From the NCBI GenBank assembly GCA_028534125.1, contig CM052816.1, positions 64,668,001 to 64,732,000 on the forward strand: DNA of 64,000 nt, read 5' to 3'. This document shows, one piece after another, positions 38,087 through 51,860 of the stretch; positions within the stretch are counted from its first letter, which is position 1; each line of letters opens with the position of its first letter. The DNA comes from Lama glama. Lineage: Eukaryota. The notes below the pieces were generated by a model. The model saw only the letters and a program-made list of their open reading frames with translations. It was not told where the DNA came from and did not search any database. Made by a program: the position numbers and the translations under genes.

Positions 38087-41046
38087 GAAAACTTTTTGAA
38101 ATTTTTAAGCCAGGTTTTGTAGGATGTTAAGGAGTTTGCATTGGTAGACATAGAGGAGCTGGCAGGCATTGTGGAAGAAGGAGAGGAAAGCCTCTGCCAA
38201 CTCCATTGCTGCAGACAGGAACCCAGCTGTCCTGGCTGAACATTCCATTTAGACGTGTAATGAAGTAGGACCATATCGGCAGAGAACCATGAAACCTAAC
38301 CTTATCCTAGCAAAACAAGATATGAAACCACAGTGAGTTATAAGAAAAACCCAATTTTATTGAAAAAGTAACACATGTATAAAAATGCATAAAACATAAA
38401 TGAAGAGATTACCACAGTAGATATATTTAGCAGTAGAATGACTGTCTTATTCTGGCAGTAGATAGGAAGGTTGGATGAGACTGCAGAAAGGCCAAATAAG
38501 AATCTTTTCTTATAACGTCTGTGTAGGGTAATGTGGGCCTGTTCTAATCCTGGAGAGGCTTGTCAAGAGAGAATTGGCTGTGCTTGGGGAGGTTTGCAGT
38601 GAGGAGGAGTGGAAGCTGGAAGGTGGTACCAAAATGGTGAGATTAGGGAACCAAGAAGAAAGTTTTGACCCCTTGAGCGTGATGCTACCACAATAAATAT
38701 TTTGCCATTTTTCCTTTGTCTTTCTCCTTTTTTTCTGTGCATGATTTCCTACATCATACTACAGATAGAATTTTAGTGTTTTGTGTTTTCCTTGTAATAC
38801 ATAGTAAACATTTTTCATCTTACATAATTTCCAAAACTCATATATTCTTTGCATTATGTTCCGGTAATTATAATGCAATTCCCTTAACTAATCCTCTCTT
38901 GTTGGACAGGGATATTAGCAACAATTATAAACAACTTAAGTTACAGTAATGCTGACCTTTGCAGGTATGTCATTTGACAAACTGGGGTTTCTTTATGCTA
39001 GACATTGGAATATGCATAAAAGAAAGCCTCTGTCCTTGGATAATTTCTGGTTGAGTTGAAGAAATAGGACTTTTTTAAATTTGTTTAACTGTTTATTCTC
39101 CTTGGTGTGCTACATGTGTAAACATCAGCTGTAGAATACGAAAGAATGCTATTTACCAAACAAATAATTCTGGAGCTTTTGTATTTATAGTATCATGTTA
39201 AATTGAGAACTAATCTTGAATTTCAATAAAGCACACCATGTAGCATGGAAAGAAGTATGCTGCAAATACATTTTTAGAGAGAACCATGTCTTGGCTGTAT
39301 TTCTGTGACTCATCCAATTTGGACCATTCACACGTTATGAAAAAGCTGAACACTAATGCAAATTTAGCATTTTATAAGACTGGTCTTTTTTTTTTAATTG
39401 AAAATTTTAATTATTCCTTCTTGATTTGGATATATTAAAAGCATATGTTACTGCCTCAACAAGTAATATTATCCTGTTAGTGACAGAAGTAGACACACTG
39501 TCATCAGTATGTCTAACCAGATCATGATTCAGATAAGCTAGGTCATCATGTAACATGTGACCACGTTAAGGACAAATTTTCATCCACTTGGAGAAGCATC
39601 CGCAGGCCTTAAAAACCAGCAGCCCAGCTCCTTTATCCCCTCTAATACAAACCCAGCCAAAATTAGGCAGAGGAGGGTGTGAGACAAGGTTGTCGAGGCA
39701 CACAGGGCCAAATTACTGAGAGCCTTGTTTGACCTAGTCAAGATTTTGGATTTTATCCTAGAAGCAATGGGGAGCCTTTGAAGACCTTTAAGAAGAGAAG
39801 GGACCTGTTAAGATTTGTCTTTTGAAAGCACACCCTCTGGCATGTGCAACTTCACCTTTCTTGAACCTCCCTTCTCCCTTGGAGGCTTTATCTCATTTCT
39901 CTGTCTGACCTGGAAAGGACAGCTACCTTCACTGTTTACATTAGGTATCTCAGTTATGCTCAATTTGCATAATATTTTGGGACTAGAAAGTGAACTTGTG
40001 CCACATGTTTACAGAATGCTCACATTTGCATTTAAATTTTTACCCTCTTAGTGACAATCATGAGGTGAAAAGTTTGGGCATTTTTTTTGCCCCCAAATTT
40101 GAGACCTCAGCCATAGGTACACTCAGACACTTTCCATGTATTTTCTAATGAATCTTCTGAAGCCAGCAAAGTCTGCACCAGAATCCTCACAGCACACATG
40201 GGTGCAGGAAGGTGAAAGTGAAGAAGCAGAAGCACGCTCATCCAGTGTGCAGTGTTACGAGTGTGCAACCAGGATTGAAACCCAGGTGTAATTATGACTG
40301 AGACTCTTCCCACTCTGCATACTAACTGCGGGTGATCATTCAGAGGGTATAAGAGATACTAGGGCTCTAATATTGTATAGTGTTGTGAGGGAATAAAGAC
40401 AACCATAATCATAAGCCTGATTTGGATTTTTTTTAGGGTCAGTGATAAAAATGTAAGAACTGGAAAAAGAGGGTTTGGCTAGTTGTCCCTCATCTAAATA
40501 CAGCCCCTCCTTCCTCCTCCTTCCTTTCCATCCCAAATTTTGGGATTCTTGTCTTAATAGTAGAGTTGTGATTTGTTTGCTTATTGTAATTAAATGACAT
40601 ATCTGTCTGGGGGCTTCTCTGCCCACTCCTCTTCTTACCTTCTAGGCAGGCAGTGCTGTGTGGGATCCTGTGAGATGAAAAGATTTATGTCTCAGAAGCA
40701 CACAAATTATTGCTGACCTCACATTTGATCCCTCTGCTGTTTATCCTTTAGTTCACTAGAAGGCACCTGCTTTTACCTTTAGCCTTTGAAAAATTTCTTT
40801 GACATTCTAACAGATGTGACTTTAAGCTAAAGAAAGAAAGAAGATAGGAATCACATTCTTAGGAAACCAGAGTCAAATGACTGATTATTTAATAGCCAAA
40901 GGGGTGTTCTGAGCAGATGTGGAATTTAAAAAATAAAGTTGTGAGAACTACTATTCATTATTCAAAGGGAGGGAAAAAAGGGGGTAGAAGATATAATATT
41001 TAACATTGAATATAGTCAATATTTTAAAAATTAAAAAATAGAAATA

Positions 41047-41124
41047 TTAGGTTGAACATATGGAATTGCCATTTCTCTGGGTAAATACAGTTAGATATTG
41101 GCAATTGCATATGGTTCACCCTAA
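41047..41124. mobile_element. MADE2-like mariner MITE
   Basis: 78 bp with terminal inverted repeats ttaggttgaacatatggaattgcca / tggcaattgcatatggttcaccctaa, preceded by TA. Confidence 0.85.
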
Positions 41125-41329
41125 CATAAAGACAGTCCTCTTGGCATCTAACGAGTTGGTCCTGTGAGCCCATGCTCTTCGTTTCCCCATAAAGCAGACC
41201 AGACGCAGCCTGAGGATGGTGACCCTGGCCCGAGGATGGTGACCCCGGGCTCCTTGTGGCCTGTTCCCTGCCCGATAGCTGAGTCACTGGCTGTATTTAT
41301 TGCAAACCTGTTGGTGTCAGTTATGCTTA

Positions 41330-41830
41330 TTATTGTAGATAATTAAAAGTGTGTAAGTCTATAAAACATATGTGCAAAAGGAAAGAGGATCATTGCTTCT
41401 GTGAAAGGAATCTTGACTTCTTTGGAAAGATTCCATACAAGTGAGTGACTAAAACAGTGGCTGGGAGAACTGTAAAGAATGGAGAGAAAACTGTGAAAAC
41501 TTGAAAGATAATATCCTGAGCTTATTTTACAAGTTTTTGTTTGTTTTGGTTTTGCTTGTTTTGGTTTTTGTTGTTTAGTTTTCAGTCCACTTAGAACATT
41601 AAAAGTGGAAATTGCAGAAAATAAATTCTGAATATGATTTACGTGAGAAAAATATTGGTGAGGAATGAATCATTCCTCAAGGAAAATCTTGGAACTACTT
41701 TAGAAAATTGGGGAATTAATGCATACTTACATGTCTTATGGTAAAGTGAATGTTTATGGTGTGTACCTAATTTTTTGATTCTTTAATGTATATGATTTTT
41801 TTGATTAGCCAACCAGAACCAGTCAAAATT
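41330..41830 (+). mobile_element. Highly decayed ancient Tigger-like DNA transposon fragment
   Basis: Degenerate resemblance to Tigger/CENP-B N-terminal coding sequence; by eye only. Confidence 0.35.
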
Positions 41831-42369
41831 GCTGCTATTAGTCTGACTGAAATCGTTTACACTGTAGCATAGTCATCAGAACTTTTGCCTCTGTAATTAT
41901 TTTATATAGTTACATTAGTAAAGACAAGTGAAACTTTGCCATTGGGGATGTACAAAGCAGAGTACATGCAGCTTTTTTCCCCTCTTTGCTTAGCATTCTA
42001 TGCTGTTGGTACATAATCAACTCATACATCTTTTTTTAAATTTAGGCTTTTAGTATCCATATGGCATTTAAGCTTATTTTAATAACAGGAACCAGTATGT
42101 ATAACCTAGAGCTGGTTCCTCCCTCCCTTAAATGACTTCCATAAAGATTGAAAGCAAAAATACAGAGGATAGCATTAGCTGGAGTCTATTAAACTTGATA
42201 AATTTCTTAGTGCTGTTAAGCTGACAAGTTGAATTGGGCAAGGTATAACTTATTCTAGATTCAAATATTAATTATAGAAGTAGAGTAATTATTTTCTGAA
42301 ACATTACAAGTTAGTAAAAAAAAAAGCTACCAAACTTATAAAATGAGAAAAATAAAAGTACATTTTATA

Positions 42370-42630
42370 ATAATAGCATTTATTGAGCATTTGCTATATG
42401 CCAGGCACTGGGCTAAATTCTACATATGCCTTATCTCATTTAATCTTCACAGAGGCCCTCCAAAGAAGGTGATATTGTTTCCACTTTATAGACAAGCAAA
42501 TGGATGCATATAGAAGTTGAGTAACTTGCTTAAGATCATGTGGTTAGTAAAAACACTGGAAATCAGACCCTAGACCCAGTTCAATCTGAGTGCCCCAGCC
42601 CATTTGCCCATGCTCTTACCACTTTATAAT
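42370..42630. mobile_element. MIR SINE
   Basis: aatagcatttattgagcatttgctatatgccaggcactgggcta...tctcatttaatcttcaca. Confidence 0.8.
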
Positions 42631-44211
42631 GTAGTACTCTAAATCTGAATTTATAATACATATATATTATTATTATTTTTTTTTTTTTTGGAGAGGTGAT
42701 CCTAGACAGTACCAGCAGGGTGTACTTGTGAAGATGGTACTACTACCACCGTTGGTGCCTGGGCTTCCCTCCGGCTGGGATATGCCTCAGAGTTAACCCA
42801 CCAAAGGGGCAAAGAAGTAAAACCTTTGCTGGGACATGAGTGTGTAGATACTTTTTTTTTTTTAATTGCCTGATCAGCTAAGGTAGGCAAGGTTAGAATT
42901 CCAGGTCAGTGTTCCCATAGCAGCTTTCACGGTCCAAGGCTACTTTCCCAGACAACCTCAGGCCCTTGCTCAACAACAAAGATGGTTTTCCTGATGCATT
43001 TTTCTTGGTTGAGGCTGGTTGGGTTTCTGGTTACCACTTTCTCCTTTTAATGTGCTGTTTCTCCCCGTTACTCTAGTGGCTGAGAAGCATCCGCAAGGGC
43101 CAACGAGCTTGCCAAGTTGCTGTCTGAAGCCCTGCTTGTCCTTGTGAAGCAGGCAGAACTGACAGCTCCACACAGACGTCCAACAAAGGGCCTCGGGGCA
43201 GGACAAGGCAGCAGTCTCCCCCCATGCAGATACTTTTTAAAGACCCGTTAAAGTGCTTTGAGCTGGAAGGGGCTTTAGAGGCCCTTTAGGCCAACTTCCT
43301 CTTTTACAGATGAGGAACCAGAGGCCCAGCAAGGCCAGGTCACTTGGCCAAGGCCACAAGCCTGTATTGAACCTGCTGGGCCAGAAGCAGGTTCTCTTGA
43401 TTCTACTCCAAGTAGTTTTCTAACTTGCTAATTATTTTGTCTTCAATAACCTTAATTCTGATTATGGCTTTCCGACTGAATTTTCGAAGCTCATACTTGG
43501 CCCTACCCCAGTTTTGTCCATAAGTAACAACATCAACTAGTCCTGTAGACTTTACTGTGGGTTGTACTGTTGTACTTCCCCTGTGTTATAGGTAAGAAGA
43601 TTGAAACTCAAAGCAATGCGATGGTGTACCTCATCCTGAGGCCCACGTGTTATAAAATCTAACCCGGAACCACGACTGAAGTGTAAAAGAAGAAAAATAC
43701 ATTATCTTAGCAAAGATGGCTAAACCATCCAGCCCAAGCCAGGCTCTCTCAGCTAACAAGCCCCTCTTGTCATCATTCTCAGACCGCAGCCCGAGTTCAT
43801 CCCCTGTAGGTGACTGCCTGAGAACCTCATAGAAGTAGCATCTGTGGGGCTGGGTAGGGGTGAGGTCAGGGGAGAGTTGGTGCCCACTGCTTTACTGGGC
43901 ACCCCCTAAAAATCATCAGCCCCCAATATCCAACTGTTTTTACCTAGAGCAAGGATGGGTTGTTAGTCATTTCCTAACAGTTGGGTACATGCTGTTTCTC
44001 CTCCTTGTCCTTCTTTGCCTTTATGTGTCATGAAAAAACTGTATGTGTCACCTCAGTTTTTATTGGACCTTCGTGTGATATGTATCTTAACTCAGTTATA
44101 GAGATAAAAATCTCTATCTCGTGCACCCATGATAGTTTTCATTCCTGGCTTCCTGGTTCTCTAGGAAGAAAGGTTTCTACTTTTTAAGTGTTAAATGAAT
44201 ATTCACTTTTT

Positions 44212-44254
44212 TTGTATATATATGTATGTATTTATTGAAGTATAGTCCATTTAA
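44212..44254 (-). mobile_element. Ultra-short L1 3'-end insertion with 14-bp TSD
   Basis: tttattgaagtatagtccattta plus a degenerate tail, flanked by AATATTCACTTTTT at 44198-44211 and 44255-44268, then AA. Confidence 0.75.
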
Positions 44255-44299
44255 AATATTCACTTTTTAATGAAATAAACATTGGCTGTTTTCTCTGTG

Positions 44300-45205
44300 C
44301 TAGAGTCTGGAGATGTAAAAATCTAGAGGGCAGCTCCTCTCCTCATTTCTCTCTTTATCTCATGCCCACATCCAAGCTAGCAGCAGTCATGTCAGCTACA
44401 TCCACAGAATGTATCCTGAATCCATCTACTTTAATAAACCCCTAATCCTGCTGCCTCCAGACCATCAATTCTCTACCAAGCAACCAAATTAAATTTTAAA
44501 AGCATAAGTCAGATCATGTCACTGCTTTGCTGAAAAGCCTCTGATGAGAGTTTCAGTTTTATAAGATGTAAAGGGTTCCAGAGATCGTTGGAGGTGGTGC
44601 TTGCACAAGAATAGGAGTATGCTCAATACTACTGAATAGTGCACTTCAAAATGGTTCAGCTGGCAAAGTTTATATTATGTCAATTTTAACATAATTTTTA
44701 AAGAAGAAAAATAAATAGTCATACACAAAAAAAGAAAAATGCATCTGATGGTTTCCCACTGCACCTAGGATAAAACCCTGGCTCTGTCACTGAGGCCTCA
44801 AGACCCGGCATGCCCACTTCTCTGACTCATCTAGCATCACTCTGCTTTCTGTTCCTCTGATGTCCTCAGTGTGTTCCTGCCTCGAGGCCAGTGCTCTTGA
44901 TGTTGTCTCCTCCAGGACTACTTGTCCCTCGGCTCTTCTCAAGATGTTCTAGACCTTTCTGGCTACCCTTCTACTGTTGCAGCCCTCTGTCTCTGGTGAC
45001 CCTGTTGCATCAGTCTGTCGTTTCATTTCTTCATAACATTTGCCACTGTTTGTCTTATTTATGTTTGTGTCTGTCTCTGTTTACTTGTGTGTCTTCCCAC
45101 AAGAAAGTAACCTCCATGAGAGCAGGGATCTTGCCTTATCCCTAGTGTCAAGAAGGGTGCTTGGCATGTGTTGGGGACCCAAGTATTTATTGAATACATA
45201 AATGA
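44300..45205 (+). mobile_element. L2 LINE with nested L1M 3' end (about 44545-44735)
   Basis: aagtcagatcatgtcact, ctccatgagagcaggga, aagtatttattgaat; L1 tail gagagtttcagtttt...aaaatggtt. Confidence 0.7.
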
Positions 45206-48200
45206 AGATGTGGTCCCTTCCCCCAAGGGCCTTGCGCTTTATGATACTGAGTCTCAGGAGATCTGAGTTGTAATTGTGAGCGAGGCCTTTGAGAGCCTCG
45301 AGGTTGGGTCTCACGAGGGGAATGGGCAACCAGTTCTGCCCAAAATAAAGCGATATGGGGAACGAGGAGGAAACAATGATGTAGGGGCAAAAGAGTCAAA
45401 AACACATGAACTATTTATTCTCATTTAATAATGGAGAGAAACCTTTTCTCTCTTCTAGCTTCCTTCCCATCTAAAAGAAAAATAAGAGAAAACAAAAATA
45501 TAGCTACGTATCAATATGCAGGCACGAACCCTGTCCAAGCCAAGCTTAAAATGAAGATGATGTAAGATATCATATATCCCATTCCCAGAAACGCCTGCCT
45601 CCTGTGGACCATTTGCTCTTAGAGGGTCCATTATGAGCACTCAGTTGTATTAGTCGATAAGACCGTCTTGCCAAAATGAGACCAAAATCTTCCTAATCTA
45701 CCTCTCACTCCAGAATTGTCTTCTCTAGCATGTGTTTCCCCACTGACAATCAAAACTCACACGTTCCATACTGCTTTCATACCAGGATAGTTCTGTGAAT
45801 AACTGGACTTAAGCTGTTTATGTTTTTCATTAATATTTTTCATAGTAAATATAGGAAAAGATTTATGATATTAGACAGATTCTCTGTACTTGACATATAA
45901 TCATATAATCAGAAAAATCAGACTACTTTCTATGATAATAGTGTATGCTGACTTTAGAAGTATGGAAAACTAGTAACAACAAAAAAATCACAAAACAAAC
46001 CAAAACAAACTTGTAACAACAACAACAAAATCAGACATTACCCATAATCCCACCAACCAGAACTTACCATTTCTAGCATTTTGGTAAATTACTTTGCAGC
46101 CTCTTGTAGGCATTTTTAAAAAGGTTGTAGAAATTTTTCTTGGGGAAAAAAATTGGGAACTATTTAGTTGAAGAACAAATCATTTCCTAGTATACTTAAA
46201 AGATATACTTATAAGCAGTTTTAGCATGGAAATTTTCTTTCTTTTTTAAAAACTCATGAAAATTTCTAAACATTTATAAAAGTAAAGAATAATATAATAA
46301 GCTAGATGTAGACATCACCCAGAATCATGGCTAATCTTATTTCCTATGTAAATATTTCAGTATATCTCCAAAAGATAGGGATTTAAAAAATTATCACAAT
46401 ACCCATTGTCACACCTAAAAAGTTAAATATAATACATAGTGCCATTGAATATACAGTCATCAGGAAGTTTAAAAGATAAATATGAATCAGGTTGTAACTA
46501 AAAGGGAAGTAGTGTAGAGATTCTTGGCTAATAAGATGATATGCAATCCACTTCACAAATTATATAAACAGTTATAAGAAGAGATTAAAAACAATAGAAA
46601 CTTACTTGACAGTGCTTATTTCATGTAGGTAAATATTAATATGTTATAAATAATCTGACACTATATTTTGGTAACTTTGCTATTTTTTAATTCTCAACGT
46701 TTAATTTAAAATGCAATGTCCACTTATACCAAATGAATTTTTAAACTTTCATCCATTTTTGGGGGCTAGTACAGGGCAAAAGTATGAACTGGGCATGTAA
46801 AAGACAGCAGTTTAAAATGTTCCCATAAGGTCCCATACTATGTACATTTAGTACCATTTTCCTGAAGCTATAAATCTTTACCTGAAGTGGGGTAAAAAGA
46901 TAATTTTAGACACATGCTCTTTTACATTAACAAAGCAGAGTAAAACCATTTATTCATCTAGGTTTATATGAGTAGTAGAAACCATTTTTATGCTTTAAAA
47001 GTACATGATAACTTTTAAAAGAAAAAAAAGCAAAATCCTGAAAATCTCTGAATAATTTATTCCTATTTCAATTATTGTGAGGGTTTAAGAGAGAGAACCC
47101 AGGGAATAGCAAGAAAATTTACTTGATTAAGAGAATCATTGGGCAATTCAGGTTGCCGACTTGTCACACTGTCAGTGGAGAGGAACCTAGAGGGCGAAAC
47201 AGGGGAGACTGATCCCTTGGTCTAGCACAGAAGCTAGACAGATGTCTGCCTGTGTGGATGGAAAGGAACGAGAAGGGCAGAGAAAGTGAAGGACAAGTGA
47301 AGGAAAGGTAGGTCTAGATGAGAGGAGGGTAGGAGGTCAAGGCTTGGAGCCTAGGAACGTGAGTAGATCATGGTGCCAAGACTGGTCCTAGAGAAACTAA
47401 TCCGGGGCGTGTTTTGATTGAGAACCTGGGAATTCTCTTATTTCTCTTCCTTGTAGGTTAAGTGAACAAATGACATATTCATTTGTAGAATTTGAGACTT
47501 TTACTCAGGAACCTCTTCTGGGCAATTCCTTCATCATGGGGCATTTAGAGATTTAGTAATTGTTGAGATATTTCAAAGATCAGATGGTTAAAACTGATAA
47601 GTAAGTGCAGAATGTAGTGAATTGATAAATCCAGAATCACTAGAATTTCTCCCTTGCCTCTCCTCCCCCACCAAGGGAAAAATCCATGGAAGTTATTCAA
47701 GGATTTCATGTAAAACTAAATAGAAAGAAAAAGTCCTTCTTTGTTTACTTAGAAAGACATTTGTAAATATTCGCTGTGACTACTTTCATAGGGCAGTCAT
47801 TGTTTTAATCTTGCATTGTCTGCAATTTCTGTTTGTTGATGTTGAGCTATTATTCGAAAGGGCCATAGCTGTAGGTGCCCACACTGAGATAATATTGAAC
47901 TCAACTGTATTTTTCCATCCAGATAAATAGTGGGAGGAAATGTTAGTCTTTACAAGTTGTTGCTTTGGGATCATTTGTGTCAAAATTATTTAACTTAAAA
48001 ATTAAGTAATGCTGTTTAACAGTACTATACTTCATTATAAATGTATTGTATTTTACATACATTATGCATTAAATCAACTTATCTACTACCCAGGAGTATA
48101 ACTGCACTTTCCTTGGGAAAATCTTTTCTTTGGTTAAAATAACCAGATTATAAATTTTGTTCTCAATTATAGGTGTCTTTTGCAGACATATAATAACTGC

Positions 48201-49124
48201 AGATTCTCTATTGTCCTAAATCTGTGTTCATTTTTAATTTATTAAACAGCACTGAGACACCTTAAGAACACTTTATTAGAACTGAGTAAAGAACATGATG
48301 TACATGCAGAAACGGTCTACTAATCCAGGGGCCATTTATCATGACATTTCAGTACACAGAATGCCATTGAAAATCAGTAAGAAAGCAAGAAGGTCATCCC
48401 TAAGCAAAGAAAAGTGTCCTGAAGTCCACTGAGTAAATCTGTACTGGGCCCATAGGAAGGTCCTCTGACTTTTTATCACAGCCCATGCAGCATTATTTTA
48501 AAACATCGTTGGAGTACCTCCTCCAAGAATAAATCAATGAGTAAACCTAAATACCTCCCCCCACCAAACAAACAAGCAAAAACATCATTGGAATAAAATA
48601 TTATTCCAACATCATTGGTTATCTAACTTCTCATCCCATAGCTGACTAGGGACAGCAAATTAGAATGGAACCTTAATGGAAACAGCAATGCTGGTGACAA
48701 ACAGCATAGCTGCTAACAAGCTGATAGGGAGGAGACAGGAACTCTATCAAAAGCAGACACAGGTATTTGAAATGCCTGGCAATTTGGAACTTTTTAGTGC
48801 AGGGCAAAGGTCTGTAGCCGTAGACTTGGGTGGTCCCAGGGGGCACTGCTGTGGTATTACCGCTCTTAATAGTATCCCTAAATTATCCAGAAAAGTTCAG
48901 TCTACAAGATGATTGAAATCTTTAAAAAAAAATGTTTTATGTTTTTCTATCAGAAGCAGTTTTGAAGTGATTCCACCACAGACAAGCATTTCAGTTGTCT
49001 AAGCATTCACTTCTAGGGAGCGCTGTGGTCCTGGATGAGGCTGGGTAAATGAAGTGTAGAAAGCAGATGAATTAATTTAATCTTACTGTTGGTTATTTTT
49101 TCTTATCCATACTTCTGTTTTAGA

Positions 49125-49270
49125 TTTTTTCATTTATTTTTTAATGACATATAGTTGATTTACAGCATTAGTTTCAGGTGTACAACATAGTGATTCAAAA
49201 TTTTTATAGACTATATGCCATTTAAAATTATTATAAAATATTGGCTATATTCCCTGTGCTGTACAATACA
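49125..49270 (-). mobile_element. L1 3' end fragment
   Basis: atatagttgatttacagcattagtttcaggtgtacaacatagtgattc...ttggctatattccctgtgctgtacaata. Confidence 0.8.
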
Positions 49271-49519
49271 CTTCATTTTGAAGACTTTTTCTTCCTTGTA
49301 TGGGCTTACTCTGTATATTTTATGGACGTGTACTATTATGCATATATATATTATAATACCTTCCTTTTGTTCAAATTTGCAATGGGAAAGGCCATTATGA
49401 TTTTTGTTCTGTCTAGGAGTTATCAATCCACATGACCTACCCATCCACTTCTGGGTACCATCTCCCTCCCCTGATGGGGCTCCTTGCCTTATTCCGATCT
49501 CTGAACCTGTGAGAAGGTT

Positions 49520-50300
49520 CATCCATTCATCCACTCAAATTTTTGCATGTCGGACACATCCCAGGCACTGTCTCAGGTACTCAAGAGGCAGTAATGTACA
49601 GAAAAGAAAAAAATCCCTGCCCTCAAGGAGCTTATATTCCAGTGTTATTGGAAAGTGGGGGGAATCAGACAATAAACAAATAAATATAGAATACTTGTGA
49701 AATATATGTAAACAATGGTGAAAAGTGTTGTGGTGAAAAATAAAGCAATAAAGACAGGGAAGTGCTTGTTGGTGGGGTGGTGAAGGTGACATGTTTGTAG
49801 AGGTCTGAAGGAGGTGAGGGAGTGGCTGTGGCAGATGTCTGCAAAAGAATTCCGCATTGTTGGGACAGCGGTTTCAGGTGCTTTGAGGCAGGGGCATCCT
49901 TGGTGTATTCAAGAGATGGCAAGGAGCTCAGTGTAGCAAATGCTAGCTAAATAAAAGAAGAGACGGGAAGGCAGGAAGGTCAAAGAGGTAGTCAGGGCCC
50001 TGATCACATCAGGCCTTGTAGCCCCAGATTGCAACTCTGACTTTTAGTGTGAGTGAGGTGGGAAGATGTTGGCGCATTTTAACCAGAGAAGTGACATGAC
50101 TTTGGTATTTTTATTTTGTTTTGTTTTTAATTTAGTGTGGCGAATACGTTGAAGAGGGACAAAAGTGAGATCCAGAAGACCAGTTGAAAGGCTGTTGCAG
50201 GGATTCAGATGAGGAAGGACCACCCCTAGAGGATTCTGGAATTCTAGAATATATGTAGAAGACAGAGTTGTCAGGATTTGCTGATGGGTTTGAGGTAGGG
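49520..50300 (-). mobile_element. L2 LINE
   Basis: ttcatccattcatccactcaaat...ccaggcactgtc...aatccctgcctcaaggagcttatattccag. Confidence 0.8.
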
Positions 50301-50809
50301 ATGAGAAATATAGAGGATTTTTCTCATATTCAGAAGTCCTACGTGTGTGGGTGGACTGGCCACAATGCCCACCTCTTCATGTTGCCACATCTGAATCAAA
50401 CTGTTACTTTTTCATTCTACTGGCAAATAAAACAGAACTCCTTTTTTGGATGTCTCCCTCTAGGGCTTTGATCTCTCTCTGCCTTTCTTAATTCTCTTTC
50501 TCTGTCCTTTTCCTCATGCATTATGGACCATGGCATCTGATTTGTCCCCCACCCTCTGTTGCTCCAGGAGAGTCCAAAATGCTTTCAGAGGCCGACTTAG
50601 GAGTAGCCTCGTCTGACAGAGTTCGCTGTCTGACCCGACTGTGGTCAGCTCCACCACACGTAACTGTCTGCTTTCAGAGCCTGTCTCTGAGCCTTTTCAC
50701 CTGGAAATGTGCCAGGAAGGAATCATCAGCTCTAATAACCTGTCTTCAAACCCCAGACTCTGGCTTATCAGCTTTCTTACACCTCCCTTCCTTCTTTTTT
50801 TCCCTCTCC

Positions 50810-51430
50810 CAGTTTTATTGAGATATAATTGACATTCAGTGCTGTATAAGTTAACAGCTTAATGATTTGACTTATATACATCCTAAAATGATGACCACAA
50901 TGAGTTTAGTGACCATCCATCATCTCATATAGAGACCAAATTAAAGAAATAGAAAAAAAATTTTTTCCCTTGTGATGAGAACTCTTAGGATTTACTTTCC
51001 TAACAACTTTCATATATAACATACAGCAGTGATAATTATATGTATCACGTTGTACATTACATCTCTAGGACTTAATTAACTTATAACTGAAAGTCTGTAC
51101 CTTTTGACTGCTTTCATTCAGTTTCCCCTCCTTTCATCCCGTGGCTCTGGTAACCACAAATCTTGTCTCTTTTTCTATGAGTTTGTTTCTTTTTGAAATA
51201 TAATTGACCTACAACGTTCTGTTAGTTCCTGGTATAGGACATAGTGATTTGGTATTTCTGTACAGTTTGAAACGATCACTATGGTAAGTCTAGTTACCAT
51301 CTGTTACCATATAAAAATATTATGTAATTATTGTCTCTGTTCCCCACGCACTGCATTTCATACTCATGAATCCCTCATTTATTTAATGACTGCAGGTTTG
51401 TGCCTCTTAACCTCCCTCACCTGTTCCTCT
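50810..51430 (-). mobile_element. L1 3'UTR fragment (L1MA-type)
   Basis: cagttttattgagatataattgaca...gtgatgagaactcttaggatttact...ggtaaccacaaatc. Confidence 0.8.
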
Positions 51431-51686
51431 CCTCCCCCACCAACCCCCATACCTTCCCTTCTTTACTCTCAGAGAGACCTTTGTTTTCCTTCAGTCTCTC
51501 AGCTCTCTACTTCTGTATTTACCTGGAATATCCCTAACTCTAAATTAACCCTCCAGTCGTCCTCTGTATACCCAGGCAGCTGAACAGTATTGCAGAAAAT
51601 TGGATAAAAAGGTAAATTGATCATCTGTTAGTGTATGGTTTCCAATCTCAGCTAAATTCTGACCAACATCACTCAACTCTTTCACT

Positions 51687-51860
51687 CAGTGACTCAACCT
51701 TGTCTGCATAACAGAATCTTCCCAGAACTTTAAAATTTCTCGAGGCCTGGGCTGTTCAGGCGACCTAGATCTGAAATCTGGGGATGTGATGCCAGCGTCA
51801 GTAGTTCTCAATGTGCTCCAGGTGATTCCAATATGCAGCCAAGCTTGAGAGCCACTGCTT
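51687..51860. mobile_element. MER5A-like MITE
   Basis: cagtgactcaaccttg...ccaggtgattccaatatgcagccaagcttgagagccactg. Confidence 0.75.

Noticed and set aside
42676..43225. Possible processed pseudogene next to T-runs
   Set aside because: No recognisable protein in any frame and no TSD found; left unassigned.
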